Under the pieces are notes generated by a model, which made no database searches, was not told where the DNA came from, and worked only from the letters and a program-made list of their open reading frames with translations. From contig JAAOXU010000003.1 of the NCBI GenBank assembly GCA_018220935.1, forward strand, positions 1-23,813: a stretch of 23,813 nucleotides of DNA, given 5' to 3'. Below are positions 1 to 8,176 of the stretch, one piece after another. Numbering within the stretch: position 1 is the first letter of the stretch; each line of letters starts with the position of its first letter. This DNA comes from Candidatus Altiarchaeota archaeon (GTDB taxonomy: Archaea > SpSt-1190). The position numbers and the translations under genes are program-made.

Positions 1-270
1 GGTTTTGACAACATCTACGCAGTTGGAGACGTGACTAACGTCGAAGAACCAAAAACAGCTCAGAATGCAGAAAAACAAGCTAAAATAATAGTTAAATCCA
101 TTTTGTCTAAAAAAAACGTCAAGTACAAATCAAAGAGAAGACCCATGCTTACTAGTCTTGGAAAAAATAAAGGAATACTCACATACAAAGAATTCACACT
201 AAAAGGAAAAATTCCAGCCCTACTAAAAAATTTTGTAGAGTATAAAACTTTAAAAAAAATAAAAGGGTAA
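1..270 (+). CDS. 3'-terminal fragment of an NDH-2 / sulfide:quinone oxidoreductase family flavoprotein (5' end lies outside the window)
   Basis: Frame 1 from nt 1 reads GFDNIYAVGDVTNVEEPKTAQNAEKQAKII..., the second FAD-binding 'GD' motif and following helix typical of type-II NADH dehydrogenase/SQR enzymes; open to the stop at 268-270. The ORF-track 'M' at 31 is an internal GTG. Confidence 0.55.
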   Translation, partial: GFDNIYAVGDVTNVEEPKTAQNAEKQAKIIVKSILSKKNVKYKSKRRPMLTSLGKNKGILTYKEFTLKGKIPALLKNFVEYKTLKKIKG

Positions 271-288
271 GAGGTTAAAGCCCAAAGA

Positions 289-684
289 CTAAAACTTCTC
301 TTGACCCATCAAGGTTTTCTCTAAACTATATTCACCAGCACCATGTAACTTAGTTACAAGAAATACTGCAACGTATAAAAGTGCAAGTTCACCACCGTTC
401 TCAAAAGGAAATAACCCTTGTGGTGCGTGAACTGTAATATACGCATACAACATTTCCAAAACACCAAGAACTGATGCCAATCTAACGAAAAGCCCCAAAG
501 CAATTGCAAGTCCAACTACAATTTCAATAACACCGGCCCACCAGAATACACTAAGTGTTGCCGTTACGTTACCTCCAAAGAAGCCGAACTTCATAAGGCC
601 GTGACCTAAAAAGAGTAAACCAACTATTACTCTAAAAGCTAGGTAATAATACGCGCCAAATTTCTCGTTTAGTTCGCTAATCAT
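289..684 (-). CDS. DoxX-family small integral membrane protein
   Basis: 131 aa with about 4 TM helices. N-terminal AFRVIVGLLFLGHGLMKF resembles the DoxX signature (LRxxlG..f..G..K). Lies 35 nt downstream of the GT-C gene on the same strand. Confidence 0.55.
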   Translation of the reverse strand: MISELNEKFGAYYYLAFRVIVGLLFLGHGLMKFGFFGGNVTATLSVFWWAGVIEIVVGLAIALGLFVRLASVLGVLEMLYAYITVHAPQGLFPFENGGELALLYVAVFLVTKLHGAGEYSLEKTLMGQEKF

Positions 685-719
685 AAAGTTAGCTTAACAG
701 TGTGAATATTTATGCTCTA

Positions 720-1907
720 TTAACCAAGTGTAGGATTTTTCCCAACATAATAGCCTTCACTTTCGGCAATTGGCGTCCAACTCGTACACGTGTCATAAAA
801 TTCTTTTATTGAACCCTCACAGTATCCTTCCCGACAAGGCACACCACCAGCAGAGAAAATACAGTAGTCAGCATCCCACCTAAAACTCTCATATGGTCCA
901 AACCACTGTAAGAATATGACGTCTTTATACGCATTAATTGAGGGTTCCATGCCAAAAACAGTCGCACCATCTTCTACATTTTCAAACATATTTGGGAATG
1001 AATAAGGAGATGCAATAAAAGCTGAAATAGTTATTGCATAGATAATTTGCCGCACACCCCACTTAGTCTCGGATAATGAAAGAGCTGCATAAATAAAAAA
1101 GTCAATTAAGAATCTTTCTTCCTTGTGAGTGAGTTGCAAAAAGTAAATAGCTGATGCAAAAAATGCCAGAGTTGTTGGCTTTTTATTAACAATTGCAAAA
1201 AACACGAAAGGGGCTGAGAGTGCTAGTAGCGTTAGATAAAAAAAGATACCTTTTTCCCAAAACCAAAGAAATTCAGGTTGATTAATTATGCCACTTGCCG
1301 CCACAAATTGAAAAAGGGGATCTTTGAAGTTTACTAAAGCCCATAAAAAATACGGGACTAAAATTAAGAGTTGACCTTTTAGTCGTTTTTTCCAGTTACC
1401 ATAAAACAGCGAGAAAGGCATGTAGATAAAATAAGTAAATCGTGTGAGTCCTGCTAGGGCTGCAAAGGCACCAGAAGTCACACCCCTAGTCGAATATGAC
1501 ATTACAATAAAAAGTGTAGCCAAAACGTGGCTTAGGGGCATATGAGAAAATTGAAAAAAGATGGGATGTGTTATTATTATTAGTCCTGCATATTTTCTGC
1601 TGTCTTGAAACTTGAAGTAAGTTATGAGTGGGATTAAAAGATATATGAGGGCGGTAGCAAGTTTCATACCAAAGGGCATTGAGATACCAGTCAACCAAAT
1701 TGAACCTAAAACTAGTGGCCAGATTATCGGCCGATACCAGGAAGAGTATCCTAGACCTGTAAACATGTATTTACCGTGAGCTAAGTACTCAGCATCGTCC
1801 CACGCAGTTACCATGGGTTCTTTTAGAAAAAAAATAGCAATCAGTAAATAAGTTAAAACAAAAAACCAATTTTTTTTCAAGGAGACTAACAATTTATTCC
1901 CTGACAA
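720..1907 (-). CDS. GT-C fold glycosyltransferase, PMT_2/ArnT-like polytopic membrane protein with a C-terminal Cys-containing extracytoplasmic domain
   Basis: 395 aa, more than 8 predicted TM helices. First-loop motif TAWDDAEYLAHGKYM resembles the acidic loop motif of ArnT/PMT-type GT-C enzymes. C-terminal roughly 80 aa is soluble with 4 Cys (YCIFSAGGVPCREGYCEGS...DTCTSW). Overlaps the upstream gene by 22 nt. Confidence 0.5.
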   Translation of the reverse strand: MSGNKLLVSLKKNWFFVLTYLLIAIFFLKEPMVTAWDDAEYLAHGKYMFTGLGYSSWYRPIIWPLVLGSIWLTGISMPFGMKLATALIYLLIPLITYFKFQDSRKYAGLIIITHPIFFQFSHMPLSHVLATLFIVMSYSTRGVTSGAFAALAGLTRFTYFIYMPFSLFYGNWKKRLKGQLLILVPYFLWALVNFKDPLFQFVAASGIINQPEFLWFWEKGIFFYLTLLALSAPFVFFAIVNKKPTTLAFFASAIYFLQLTHKEERFLIDFFIYAALSLSETKWGVRQIIYAITISAFIASPYSFPNMFENVEDGATVFGMEPSINAYKDVIFLQWFGPYESFRWDADYCIFSAGGVPCREGYCEGSIKEFYDTCTSWTPIAESEGYYVGKNPTLG

Positions 1908-2527
1908 ACCAATCCCTCCAACACTGAAAGTTCAAGATTACCATAAGTCACACCTTCAATTACGATTGAGGGGAAGCTAGTAATATTATAGAGTCTTAAA
2001 AGTGTTAGTGCAACAGGATCATCTCCTGCAAACTGCATATTCACAGGGAAGATTAAAAGGTCCTCTCCGTATTTTCTTTTAAGGTAGTCTAATCTAGTTG
2101 ACAGTTCATCACAATCACCTTCACAATTTTTATCAAAGAAATATAAAATTGATGTCGAATTCCAACCACAGTCTCGTTTGTAAATATCAGCAAGGCGCCA
2201 ATACCGTATATTAGAAAGTAAATATCTTCTATAGAGCAGATTTTTTTCATCAAGTCCAAAAACTGAAGCTTCTGAATAAGTAGTATAATAGTCAAGAGAT
2301 TTACTAATATCACTCACGGCACCACTAATAACCGGTAAAAATGCAGGACAGTTCAGCTCTTCTAATAATTGACTCTCCAAAAAAAGAGAAGTTGAATAGA
2401 TTGAAATCTCATCTAAGTTTGATCTAATTTTGTCAGTTCGAAATTGGTCCCAGACCATGCCAACACTAAAACCAGACACGAACACAATAAGTGTTATTAT
2501 CCCTGCCATTACCGGACGACTTACCAT
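1886..2527 (-). CDS. hypothetical N-terminally membrane-anchored protein with a six-Cys extracytoplasmic domain
   Basis: 213 aa with a single N-terminal TM (MAGIITLIVFVSGFSVGMV). Six Cys in the remainder (NCPAF, RDCGW, KNCEGDCDE, LVCQGINC). Overlaps both flanking glycosyltransferase genes (7 nt and 22 nt), implying co-translation. No recognisable family by eye. Confidence 0.45.
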   Translation of the reverse strand: MVSRPVMAGIITLIVFVSGFSVGMVWDQFRTDKIRSNLDEISIYSTSLFLESQLLEELNCPAFLPVISGAVSDISKSLDYYTTYSEASVFGLDEKNLLYRRYLLSNIRYWRLADIYKRDCGWNSTSILYFFDKNCEGDCDELSTRLDYLKRKYGEDLLIFPVNMQFAGDDPVALTLLRLYNITSFPSIVIEGVTYGNLELSVLEGLVCQGINC

Positions 2528-3756
2528 GTATAATCACCTTTAATCCACGAGTATATAGCTAAAAGTGTCGCCGTTGTTATGGCAACACCGTATATCCCAA
2601 TAAAAAGCAGTGCGTCTAGTATTTTAGGATTTTCATCTTGAAATTTTGAAGCTAGATACAAAAACATTAGAGTCATTACCGCCATAAAAATAGTGTAGAC
2701 TACCATCTGCATATCAATTGCTAAAGGGTCTAGACCAAATTTAAGGGTCCGTAAATATGTCAAGGGATCAAAACCCACATACCGAATTATGTTAACTAAA
2801 GGTTCAATCATATTGTAAGTGAATTTAACAACCATAACAAGTAAAACTAAGGGTACTATGTGATAAAGTGCATTTAGCATATTTTGTCTACCAAATTCAG
2901 TAGTAGGCTCAATGCTTTTTGGATGTTTTTGTACAGCATCCATAAAACCAGCTTTCCACCTTCGCCTTTGTTTTACTAAATCAACAATGGTTTGAGGCAC
3001 GTCTGTATATACATAAGCTGTTGGAGACAATCTCATTTTAAACCCTTTTTTTCGCAATCTGAATACAACTTCCAAGTCTTCAGCAATGGATTTTTCATCA
3101 AATCCACCAATAGATTTTAGATCTGAGACTCTAAACATAGAAAAAGGACCAGGAGCTACAATTTGAGCATCAAACCCACTTAAGATATTAGACAGGTAAT
3201 TACTGTAAATATATTCAATAGCTTGAATTCTAGCTAACACACGTTTTTTTTCTGAAGGTAAAACGCAGGGCGTTACTACGCTGACACCTTTAGAATATCT
3301 CACCAAAGAAGCGATTGCTTTTGGAGCTGCTTGTGAATCAGCATCCATAGTAATCATAAAATTTGTTTTTGTAATTCGCATTACTTTGTTAAGTGAATAT
3401 GCCTTGCCTTTATTCTTTGAATTTTTTAATAGAGTTACATCAAAGTTTGGATTGTCTTTTATGAATTTTTTGACTTCATTTATCGTTTTATCTTTTGATT
3501 TATCATCAACCACAATTACGTGAATTTTTTTCTTTGGATAAATTGAATTATTTAATGACTGTAAGGTCTTGTAAATTCCACGCTCTTCATTGTATGCTGA
3601 AATTGCAATTGTCACATCTGGTGTTGATACTCTATTTTGCTCGTCATTTACGGCATCAAAATATAGTAAAAAGTAGTAAGAAGCCACATAAATGGATAGA
3701 ATGGCCACAAACCAGGCTAAAATCGTCAAAAAGTCTATCACAGCTAAATTATTCAA
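2521..3756 (-). CDS. processive family-2 glycosyltransferase (chitin synthase / NodC / PgaC-like synthase)
   Basis: 411 aa. N-terminal TM, then a GT2 catalytic core with DVTIAISAYNEE...VVDDKSKD (DxD region), MDADS, the 'TED'-type motif IAEDLEVVFRL, and the processive-synthase signature QRRRW (QRRRWKAG). These are followed by 3-4 C-terminal TM helices. The track start is TTG; the GTG at 3741 is better placed for a leaderless start. Confidence 0.8.
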   Translation of the reverse strand: MNNLAVIDFLTILAWFVAILSIYVASYYFLLYFDAVNDEQNRVSTPDVTIAISAYNEERGIYKTLQSLNNSIYPKKKIHVIVVDDKSKDKTINEVKKFIKDNPNFDVTLLKNSKNKGKAYSLNKVMRITKTNFMITMDADSQAAPKAIASLVRYSKGVSVVTPCVLPSEKKRVLARIQAIEYIYSNYLSNILSGFDAQIVAPGPFSMFRVSDLKSIGGFDEKSIAEDLEVVFRLRKKGFKMRLSPTAYVYTDVPQTIVDLVKQRRRWKAGFMDAVQKHPKSIEPTTEFGRQNMLNALYHIVPLVLLVMVVKFTYNMIEPLVNIIRYVGFDPLTYLRTLKFGLDPLAIDMQMVVYTIFMAVMTLMFLYLASKFQDENPKILDALLFIGIYGVAITTATLLAIYSWIKGDYTW

Positions 3757-3762
3757 AAGCGA

Positions 3763-3770
3763 TTATAAAG
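3763..3770. promoter_or_regulatory. palindromic TATA-like box (TTATAAAG) shared by divergent GT2 and kae1 genes
   Basis: Only 33 nt separate the divergent starts. The box centre (about 3766) lies roughly 24 nt upstream of the kae1 GTG (3790) and roughly 25 nt upstream of an in-frame GTG at 3741 on the minus strand. This matches archaeal leaderless promoter geometry. Confidence 0.4.
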
Positions 3771-3789
3771 ATACTGAGTAAAGCAAATT

Positions 3790-4740
3790 GTGATACTTGG
3801 GATTGAAAGTACCGCCCATACTTTTGGTGTTGGTATGTTTAGCAATAAAGTAATCAGTAATGAATGGGATATGTATAGGCCAAAGACGGGCGGAATACAC
3901 CCAAGAGAAGCTGCAAACCATCACGTTGAGGTTGCAAAGGAAGTTGTAAAAAAGGCCATGTTAAAAAAACCAAAGGCAATTGCGTACTCTTGTGGTCCTG
4001 GCATAGGTCCTTGTCTTAAAGTTGGTACTATAATTTCCCGGTATCTTTCAAATAAGTATCAAATACCTTTAGTTCCCGTAAATCACGGAGTTGCACATAT
4101 GGAAGTTGGATTATGGTCAACTAAAGCTAAAGATCCTGTTTGTGTGTACGCGAGTGGAGGTAATACTCAAATAATTGCCAGAGACAAGACGTGGAAAATC
4201 TATGGAGAGACTCTTGATATTGCACTAGGTAACGCTCTTGACAAACTAGCTAGAGATTTAGGTATTGCTCATCCAGGTGGTCCATCCATTGAAAAACTAG
4301 CAAAGAAGGGGGAGTTTATTGATATGCCTTATACTGTCAAAGGAATGGACTTAAGTTATTCAGGGATTATGACTCACGCAAGACGATTACTAAAAACCCA
4401 TAAACCTGAAGATGTCGCACGTGGTTTTCAAGAACACGCTTTTGCAATGTTAGTTGAAGTAACTGAGCGTGCACTAGCCCATACAGAAAAAGGGGAAGTT
4501 TTACTGGTTGGTGGAGTTGCCAAAAACAAGAGACTAATTGAGATGTATAAAATTATGTGTGAAGAGAGGGGTGCTAAGTTTTTTGTGGTACCAGATGAAC
4601 TAGCAGGGGATAATGGAGCCATGATTGCATACAACGGAAAAATTAGTTTAAAAAAAGGTTTCTCAATTAAACCTGAAGATGCGGATTATTTTCAAAATTT
4701 AAGGGTTGATACTGACTTAGAAAAGTTATTTAGACTTTAA
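3790..4740 (+). CDS. kae1: tRNA N6-adenosine threonylcarbamoyltransferase Kae1 (KEOPS catalytic subunit), standalone form
   Basis: 316 aa. Contains GIESTAHTFGVGM, GGIHPREAANHH, SCGPGIGPCLKVG, PVNHGVAHME, ASGGNTQ, GETLDIALGNALDKLAR, HPGGPSIE, GGVAKNKRL and DNGAMIA, the full set of Kae1/OSGEP/TsaD ASKHA-fold motifs. GTG start. No Bud32 kinase domain fused or adjacent. Confidence 0.9.
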   Translation: MILGIESTAHTFGVGMFSNKVISNEWDMYRPKTGGIHPREAANHHVEVAKEVVKKAMLKKPKAIAYSCGPGIGPCLKVGTIISRYLSNKYQIPLVPVNHGVAHMEVGLWSTKAKDPVCVYASGGNTQIIARDKTWKIYGETLDIALGNALDKLARDLGIAHPGGPSIEKLAKKGEFIDMPYTVKGMDLSYSGIMTHARRLLKTHKPEDVARGFQEHAFAMLVEVTERALAHTEKGEVLLVGGVAKNKRLIEMYKIMCEERGAKFFVVPDELAGDNGAMIAYNGKISLKKGFSIKPEDADYFQNLRVDTDLEKLFRL

Positions 4741-5161
4741 TATAGACATATTTTCTAGTCACTGCATCTCGTTTTCTCATGGCTTTACCAACCTTTAGAA
4801 GATTCCTCAAACGGTTAGCAGTATAACCATAACTTCGATTAATTTTCTTTGAAATCTCTTCAATGTTTTTTGGTGTCTCTATTGTTACTAAAATCAAGTC
4901 ATCAACTTCTAAAGATTCAAGTTCTTGCATTACTGCCACCCTTTCACCTGAACTCATCTTTGAGACAGCACCAATTATGAGGTCAAGTCTACTCACTCGC
5001 TCTCCTGTTGGACCTAAAGGCTTGAGTTCATCTCGAATTTCTTTTACAAGTTCATATATGACATCAACCTTTTCATTAGGAGTCGCAGGCTCTTGCTTTT
5101 GACTGAACACTTTTAGGAATCCAAACACAATAAATGTATAAGACAGAAAATAAATAAGCAT
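4730..5161 (-). CDS. hypothetical protein with an N-terminal hydrophobic segment and a C-terminal winged-HTH-like domain
   Basis: 143 aa. N-terminal MLIYFLSYTFIVFGFLKVF is hydrophobic. C-terminal TPKNIEEISKKINRSYGYTANRLRNLLKVGKAMRKRDAVTRKYVYIKV looks like a wHTH (helix-turn-helix plus basic wing). Its 3' end overlaps the kae1 3' end by 11 nt (convergent). Confidence 0.35.
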   Translation of the reverse strand: MLIYFLSYTFIVFGFLKVFSQKQEPATPNEKVDVIYELVKEIRDELKPLGPTGERVSRLDLIIGAVSKMSSGERVAVMQELESLEVDDLILVTIETPKNIEEISKKINRSYGYTANRLRNLLKVGKAMRKRDAVTRKYVYIKV

Positions 5162-5178
5162 TCCCCGTGTAACAAGAT

Positions 5179-5721
5179 TTAGATTTTACCCACATTTTCA
5201 TTGATTATAACAGAATAATCGCCACTTAATTTGTTCTTGGCTACGTGAAACGCACGCTTAATTATTGGAATGTGTTTTTTATCATCAACATAAACTGACA
5301 TAATTTCCTTACCTTTCTTTAGTCTTGCTGCCATTCCAATTGGCTTACCAAAAGACTTTCTCATACCTTGTTGGAATCTGTCAGCACCTGCCCCAGTTGC
5401 CATCGGATTTTCACGCAAGACGTGGTGTGGATAAGTTCTAATTCTAAAATGAAAATTTTGTCGGCCAATTAATTTGTTTAAGTGCCTAAATACAGACATC
5501 CTAATAGCTTCTAATTGATTATGTCTAACTTGAACAGGGTACTTAGCAATCATATCAACGCCAATCTCCCATTCACGTTTAGATTTATTACCCATATCAA
5601 AAATTTGAATTTTTGGACCAGGTACACCTCTAATGAAGGCTTTTTTCATGACTTTAATGGCCCTACGAGTGTACGCCCTACTCTTAATATATCGATAACA
5701 CTTAGCAGGTCTCAAACCCAT
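5179..5721 (-). CDS. rpl10e: 50S ribosomal protein L10e (uL16)
   Basis: 180 aa. MGLRPAKCYRYIKSRAYTR...RIRTYPHHVLRENPMATGAGADRFQQGMRKSFGKP is the unmistakable L10e/uL16 signature. TTTTTAAA TATA-like box centred about 25 nt upstream of the ATG (leaderless). Confidence 0.9.
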   Translation of the reverse strand: MGLRPAKCYRYIKSRAYTRRAIKVMKKAFIRGVPGPKIQIFDMGNKSKREWEIGVDMIAKYPVQVRHNQLEAIRMSVFRHLNKLIGRQNFHFRIRTYPHHVLRENPMATGAGADRFQQGMRKSFGKPIGMAARLKKGKEIMSVYVDDKKHIPIIKRAFHVAKNKLSGDYSVIINENVGKI

Positions 5722-5841
5722 AGGTCAGATGAGTTTCATTGCTTTAAAAAACTTAGTTTTGCTAAAGTTATGTTAGGTGGCTTAAAGCGATAGTTTCTCC
5801 TGATTACGAAGAGTTTCCCGTAGAACGGGAGTTATCACAAG

Positions 5842-5878
5842 AAAATATAAAAAAAGAAAAAAAATTCCCCGAAGGGAA
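5842..5878 (-). terminator. hairpin (UUCG tetraloop) plus U-tract terminator immediately after the surface-protein gene
   Basis: On the minus strand, directly after the TAG stop, the sequence reads TTCCC-TTCG-GGGAA (5-bp stem, UUCG loop) followed by TTTTTTTTCTTTTTTTATATTTT. A second hairpin, TCCCG-TTCTA-CGGGA, lies 35 nt further on (5816-5830). Confidence 0.55.
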
Positions 5879-8080
5879 CTATTCTTCGACGTAGCTTGTA
5901 GCTGAACTTGCAGTTACCTTTCGTTCTGCTAATCCACTCAAAGCGCTGATGTCCTTTGCTCCAGTTAAGTACTGGCTCAACATGTATGCAGCTGCTCTTG
6001 TGTCTTTAGCGTCCCATCCGGCCACTACCATAGCTTGTGCACTGAATGGTGTTGCTGAAGCATCGTACAGCTTAACTACACCTTTTCCAGATGTACCATC
6101 ATATCCAAAGAAATCTTGGATAGCAGCGTCATCTGAACCAATTAAGGTCTTTGCAACAGTGTTAGCGTAAGGTCCACCAACAATTACTAATGGAGTTCCA
6201 CTAGTGTCAGCTTCACTGTCTAATACTGCTACTTCAGTGTTCAATGCAGTCATAATGTAGGTAACGTCTCCAGCCACAGTTGTGGTTGATCCGCTGCCTC
6301 CACCAATAAATGCTTGAATCTTGGTCTGCGCATCAGGCATCTTAATAACTACTTCGTCACTGTCTGCGTTACTTTTAACTGAGCTCAAAATTGCACCGTA
6401 GTGTGTTAAGAGTGATCCATCAAAAGTACCAACAGCGGTTCGGTCGTTATCGTCGACGTAAACATCGCTTGCTTCAGATTCTTCAGCAGTTGTTCCCAAG
6501 TGAGTAAAGTGACTACTACTTACTGTAGCATTCAAAATAATCGTTGAGTTAACGTCTGTTGATCCCGTAACATCGTCTAGTTGGATGTGTACACCAATGT
6601 TTGCACCATTATTTTCTAATGCAAGGTATGGTAAACTGTCTCCATATTGGAGGTACCAACTTGTTTGTACGGTCTCTGTTGCTGAAGCACCGCCTGCAAA
6701 GGTTACGTTCTCACCAAATTTGTATTTGCTACCATCTTTGAAGAAGATAGCGATTACGTCATCAGTTGAGTTACCTGCCCATACATCTTCGTAGAAGTAT
6801 ATGGCGATATCTGCTGCGTCGTTTGTAGCATCAGTAAAACCTGTATCACTGGATGTCGAAACCCTTATGATTTTTGCGTCTGCAAATAGTTCAGTATCAC
6901 CAGTTAGGTCATACAAACTAATACCAGTTTCAAATTCAAACGTGTATGTTCGGTCTGCGTCTGGTAGCATAGATTGTAGTTCAATCTTTGCATAGTCATT
7001 AGGTAACAGGAAAGCATCTCCGACCATTATAGGAGAATCCTTGTAATTGTCCCATGCTTTCTCGTTCTTAACACCTAAGTAAGCGATTGCACCGTCTGCT
7101 CCAACGTCAATGTCCCAAACCCATGTTGGGTCATTTTCATCTTCTCCGATGAAAGCTTCACCATCAGTGTACTCTTCACTAACATCGTCCTTACCAATAA
7201 GGAGTGATACTAGTGAGTTTTCAGGTGTATTTGATTGGTAAATCAAACCTGTAACTTTAACTCTTAAACCGTTCACAAGTAGACCATCATTGTCTGTCTT
7301 GTCAATAGGTTCACCAGAAGTTACACCATCAACAGTAACTAATACGCTGCTTTCACCGATTGCAGTAACTACGACGGTCTTACCATCAACAGTTGTGCTC
7401 TCGTCTGTCTTAAGTGATACCTTAGTACCAACTTCAGCGGTTATTGCGTCACTTGCATCAGCTGCAGTGATCTTTATGTCGTGTCCAAGTATAGATAGCT
7501 CTAGTGTATCACTAGTTGTTACCAGAGATGCGTTTGGTTTACTACTACCATAGAAATTAAACTTGTACAAAATAGATCCCTTATCTAAAGATAAGAAAGC
7601 CTTACTTGTATCGTAGTCTTTATCTCTATCATCTTGACCAGTTACGATCTGTGCACCAGTTGACAAAACAATTTCTTCTCTATAGTCGTACTGACTACTC
7701 TTGAAAGATAGTTCACCTTGTCTCAAAGTTGAAACGTGGTTGTTCTTCAAGGTTGCTGGAAATTGTCCTGTGAAAGTTAGTGCTTTACCCATTAGAATTT
7801 CTTCTAATCGACCGCCACTAGCTGTAGTTGTTGAACTACTGCTCTCTGCTTTCACTAGGTATTCACCAAATGCTGCCGTTAATTGTGCTGCCGCAATTAC
7901 GTCAGGCACAGCTGCATTTGCACCTACTACTACCTGTCCTACCATGTTGTTATCAGCAACAAATGGCAAAGGTAGTGTTCCTAGATCTGCTGCAAAAGCT
8001 CCAGCCAAAGTGGACCCTAGCATTAGGGCACCTGCTGCAGCACTTGCTGCGACCTTAAATTTTCCCTTTAGGTCTTGCAT
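5879..8080 (-). CDS. large secreted Thr/Ser/Asp/Gly/Val-rich surface protein (S-layer-like / surface glycoprotein candidate)
   Basis: 733 aa. N-terminal signal peptide MQDLKGKFKVAASAAAGALMLGSTLAGAFA-ADL. Low-complexity beta-rich composition, no Cys and no C-terminal TM. Noticeably GC-richer codon usage than its neighbours, which generates six spurious antisense ORFs; this suggests high expression. Strong terminator downstream. Confidence 0.6.
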   Translation of the reverse strand: MQDLKGKFKVAASAAAGALMLGSTLAGAFAADLGTLPLPFVADNNMVGQVVVGANAAVPDVIAAAQLTAAFGEYLVKAESSSSTTTASGGRLEEILMGKALTFTGQFPATLKNNHVSTLRQGELSFKSSQYDYREEIVLSTGAQIVTGQDDRDKDYDTSKAFLSLDKGSILYKFNFYGSSKPNASLVTTSDTLELSILGHDIKITAADASDAITAEVGTKVSLKTDESTTVDGKTVVVTAIGESSVLVTVDGVTSGEPIDKTDNDGLLVNGLRVKVTGLIYQSNTPENSLVSLLIGKDDVSEEYTDGEAFIGEDENDPTWVWDIDVGADGAIAYLGVKNEKAWDNYKDSPIMVGDAFLLPNDYAKIELQSMLPDADRTYTFEFETGISLYDLTGDTELFADAKIIRVSTSSDTGFTDATNDAADIAIYFYEDVWAGNSTDDVIAIFFKDGSKYKFGENVTFAGGASATETVQTSWYLQYGDSLPYLALENNGANIGVHIQLDDVTGSTDVNSTIILNATVSSSHFTHLGTTAEESEASDVYVDDNDRTAVGTFDGSLLTHYGAILSSVKSNADSDEVVIKMPDAQTKIQAFIGGGSGSTTTVAGDVTYIMTALNTEVAVLDSEADTSGTPLVIVGGPYANTVAKTLIGSDDAAIQDFFGYDGTSGKGVVKLYDASATPFSAQAMVVAGWDAKDTRAAAYMLSQYLTGAKDISALSGLAERKVTASSATSYVEE

Positions 8081-8150
8081 AGTTTTTCACCTTTTACTTA
8101 GTTTATAGGCTTTTCCTCCCTTACGTTCGGCGTTTGCCTATATACTATTC

Positions 8151-8176
8151 GTCTCGAGACCCCAGCATGGGGTCTC
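8151..8176. promoter_or_regulatory. nested palindrome / 9-bp-stem hairpin GAGACCCCA-GCA-TGGGGTCTC preceded by palindromic GTCTCGAGAC
   Basis: Perfect inverted repeat at 8156-8176 with an overlapping GTCTC/GAGAC palindrome at 8151-8160. Sits 70-95 nt upstream of the surface-protein start inside an unusually long (297 nt) noncoding region. Confidence 0.3.

Noticed and set aside
1486-2313. Two minus-strand ORFs (70 and 74 aa) nested in other frames of the GT-C and Cys-rich protein genes
   Set aside because: Fully contained in longer same-strand ORFs with membrane-protein or domain features.
3495-5793. Small antisense ORFs 3495..3806, 4428..4634, 4863..5102 and 5515..5793
   Set aside because: Fully contained in, or antisense to, well-supported genes (GT2, kae1, the 143-aa gene, L10e). 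Low complexity.
5949-8108. Six plus-strand ORFs (64-135 aa) antisense to the surface-protein gene
   Set aside because: Low-complexity S/A/P/L-rich translations with no signals. They are open because the GC-richer, codon-biased sense gene suppresses stop codons on the opposite strand.
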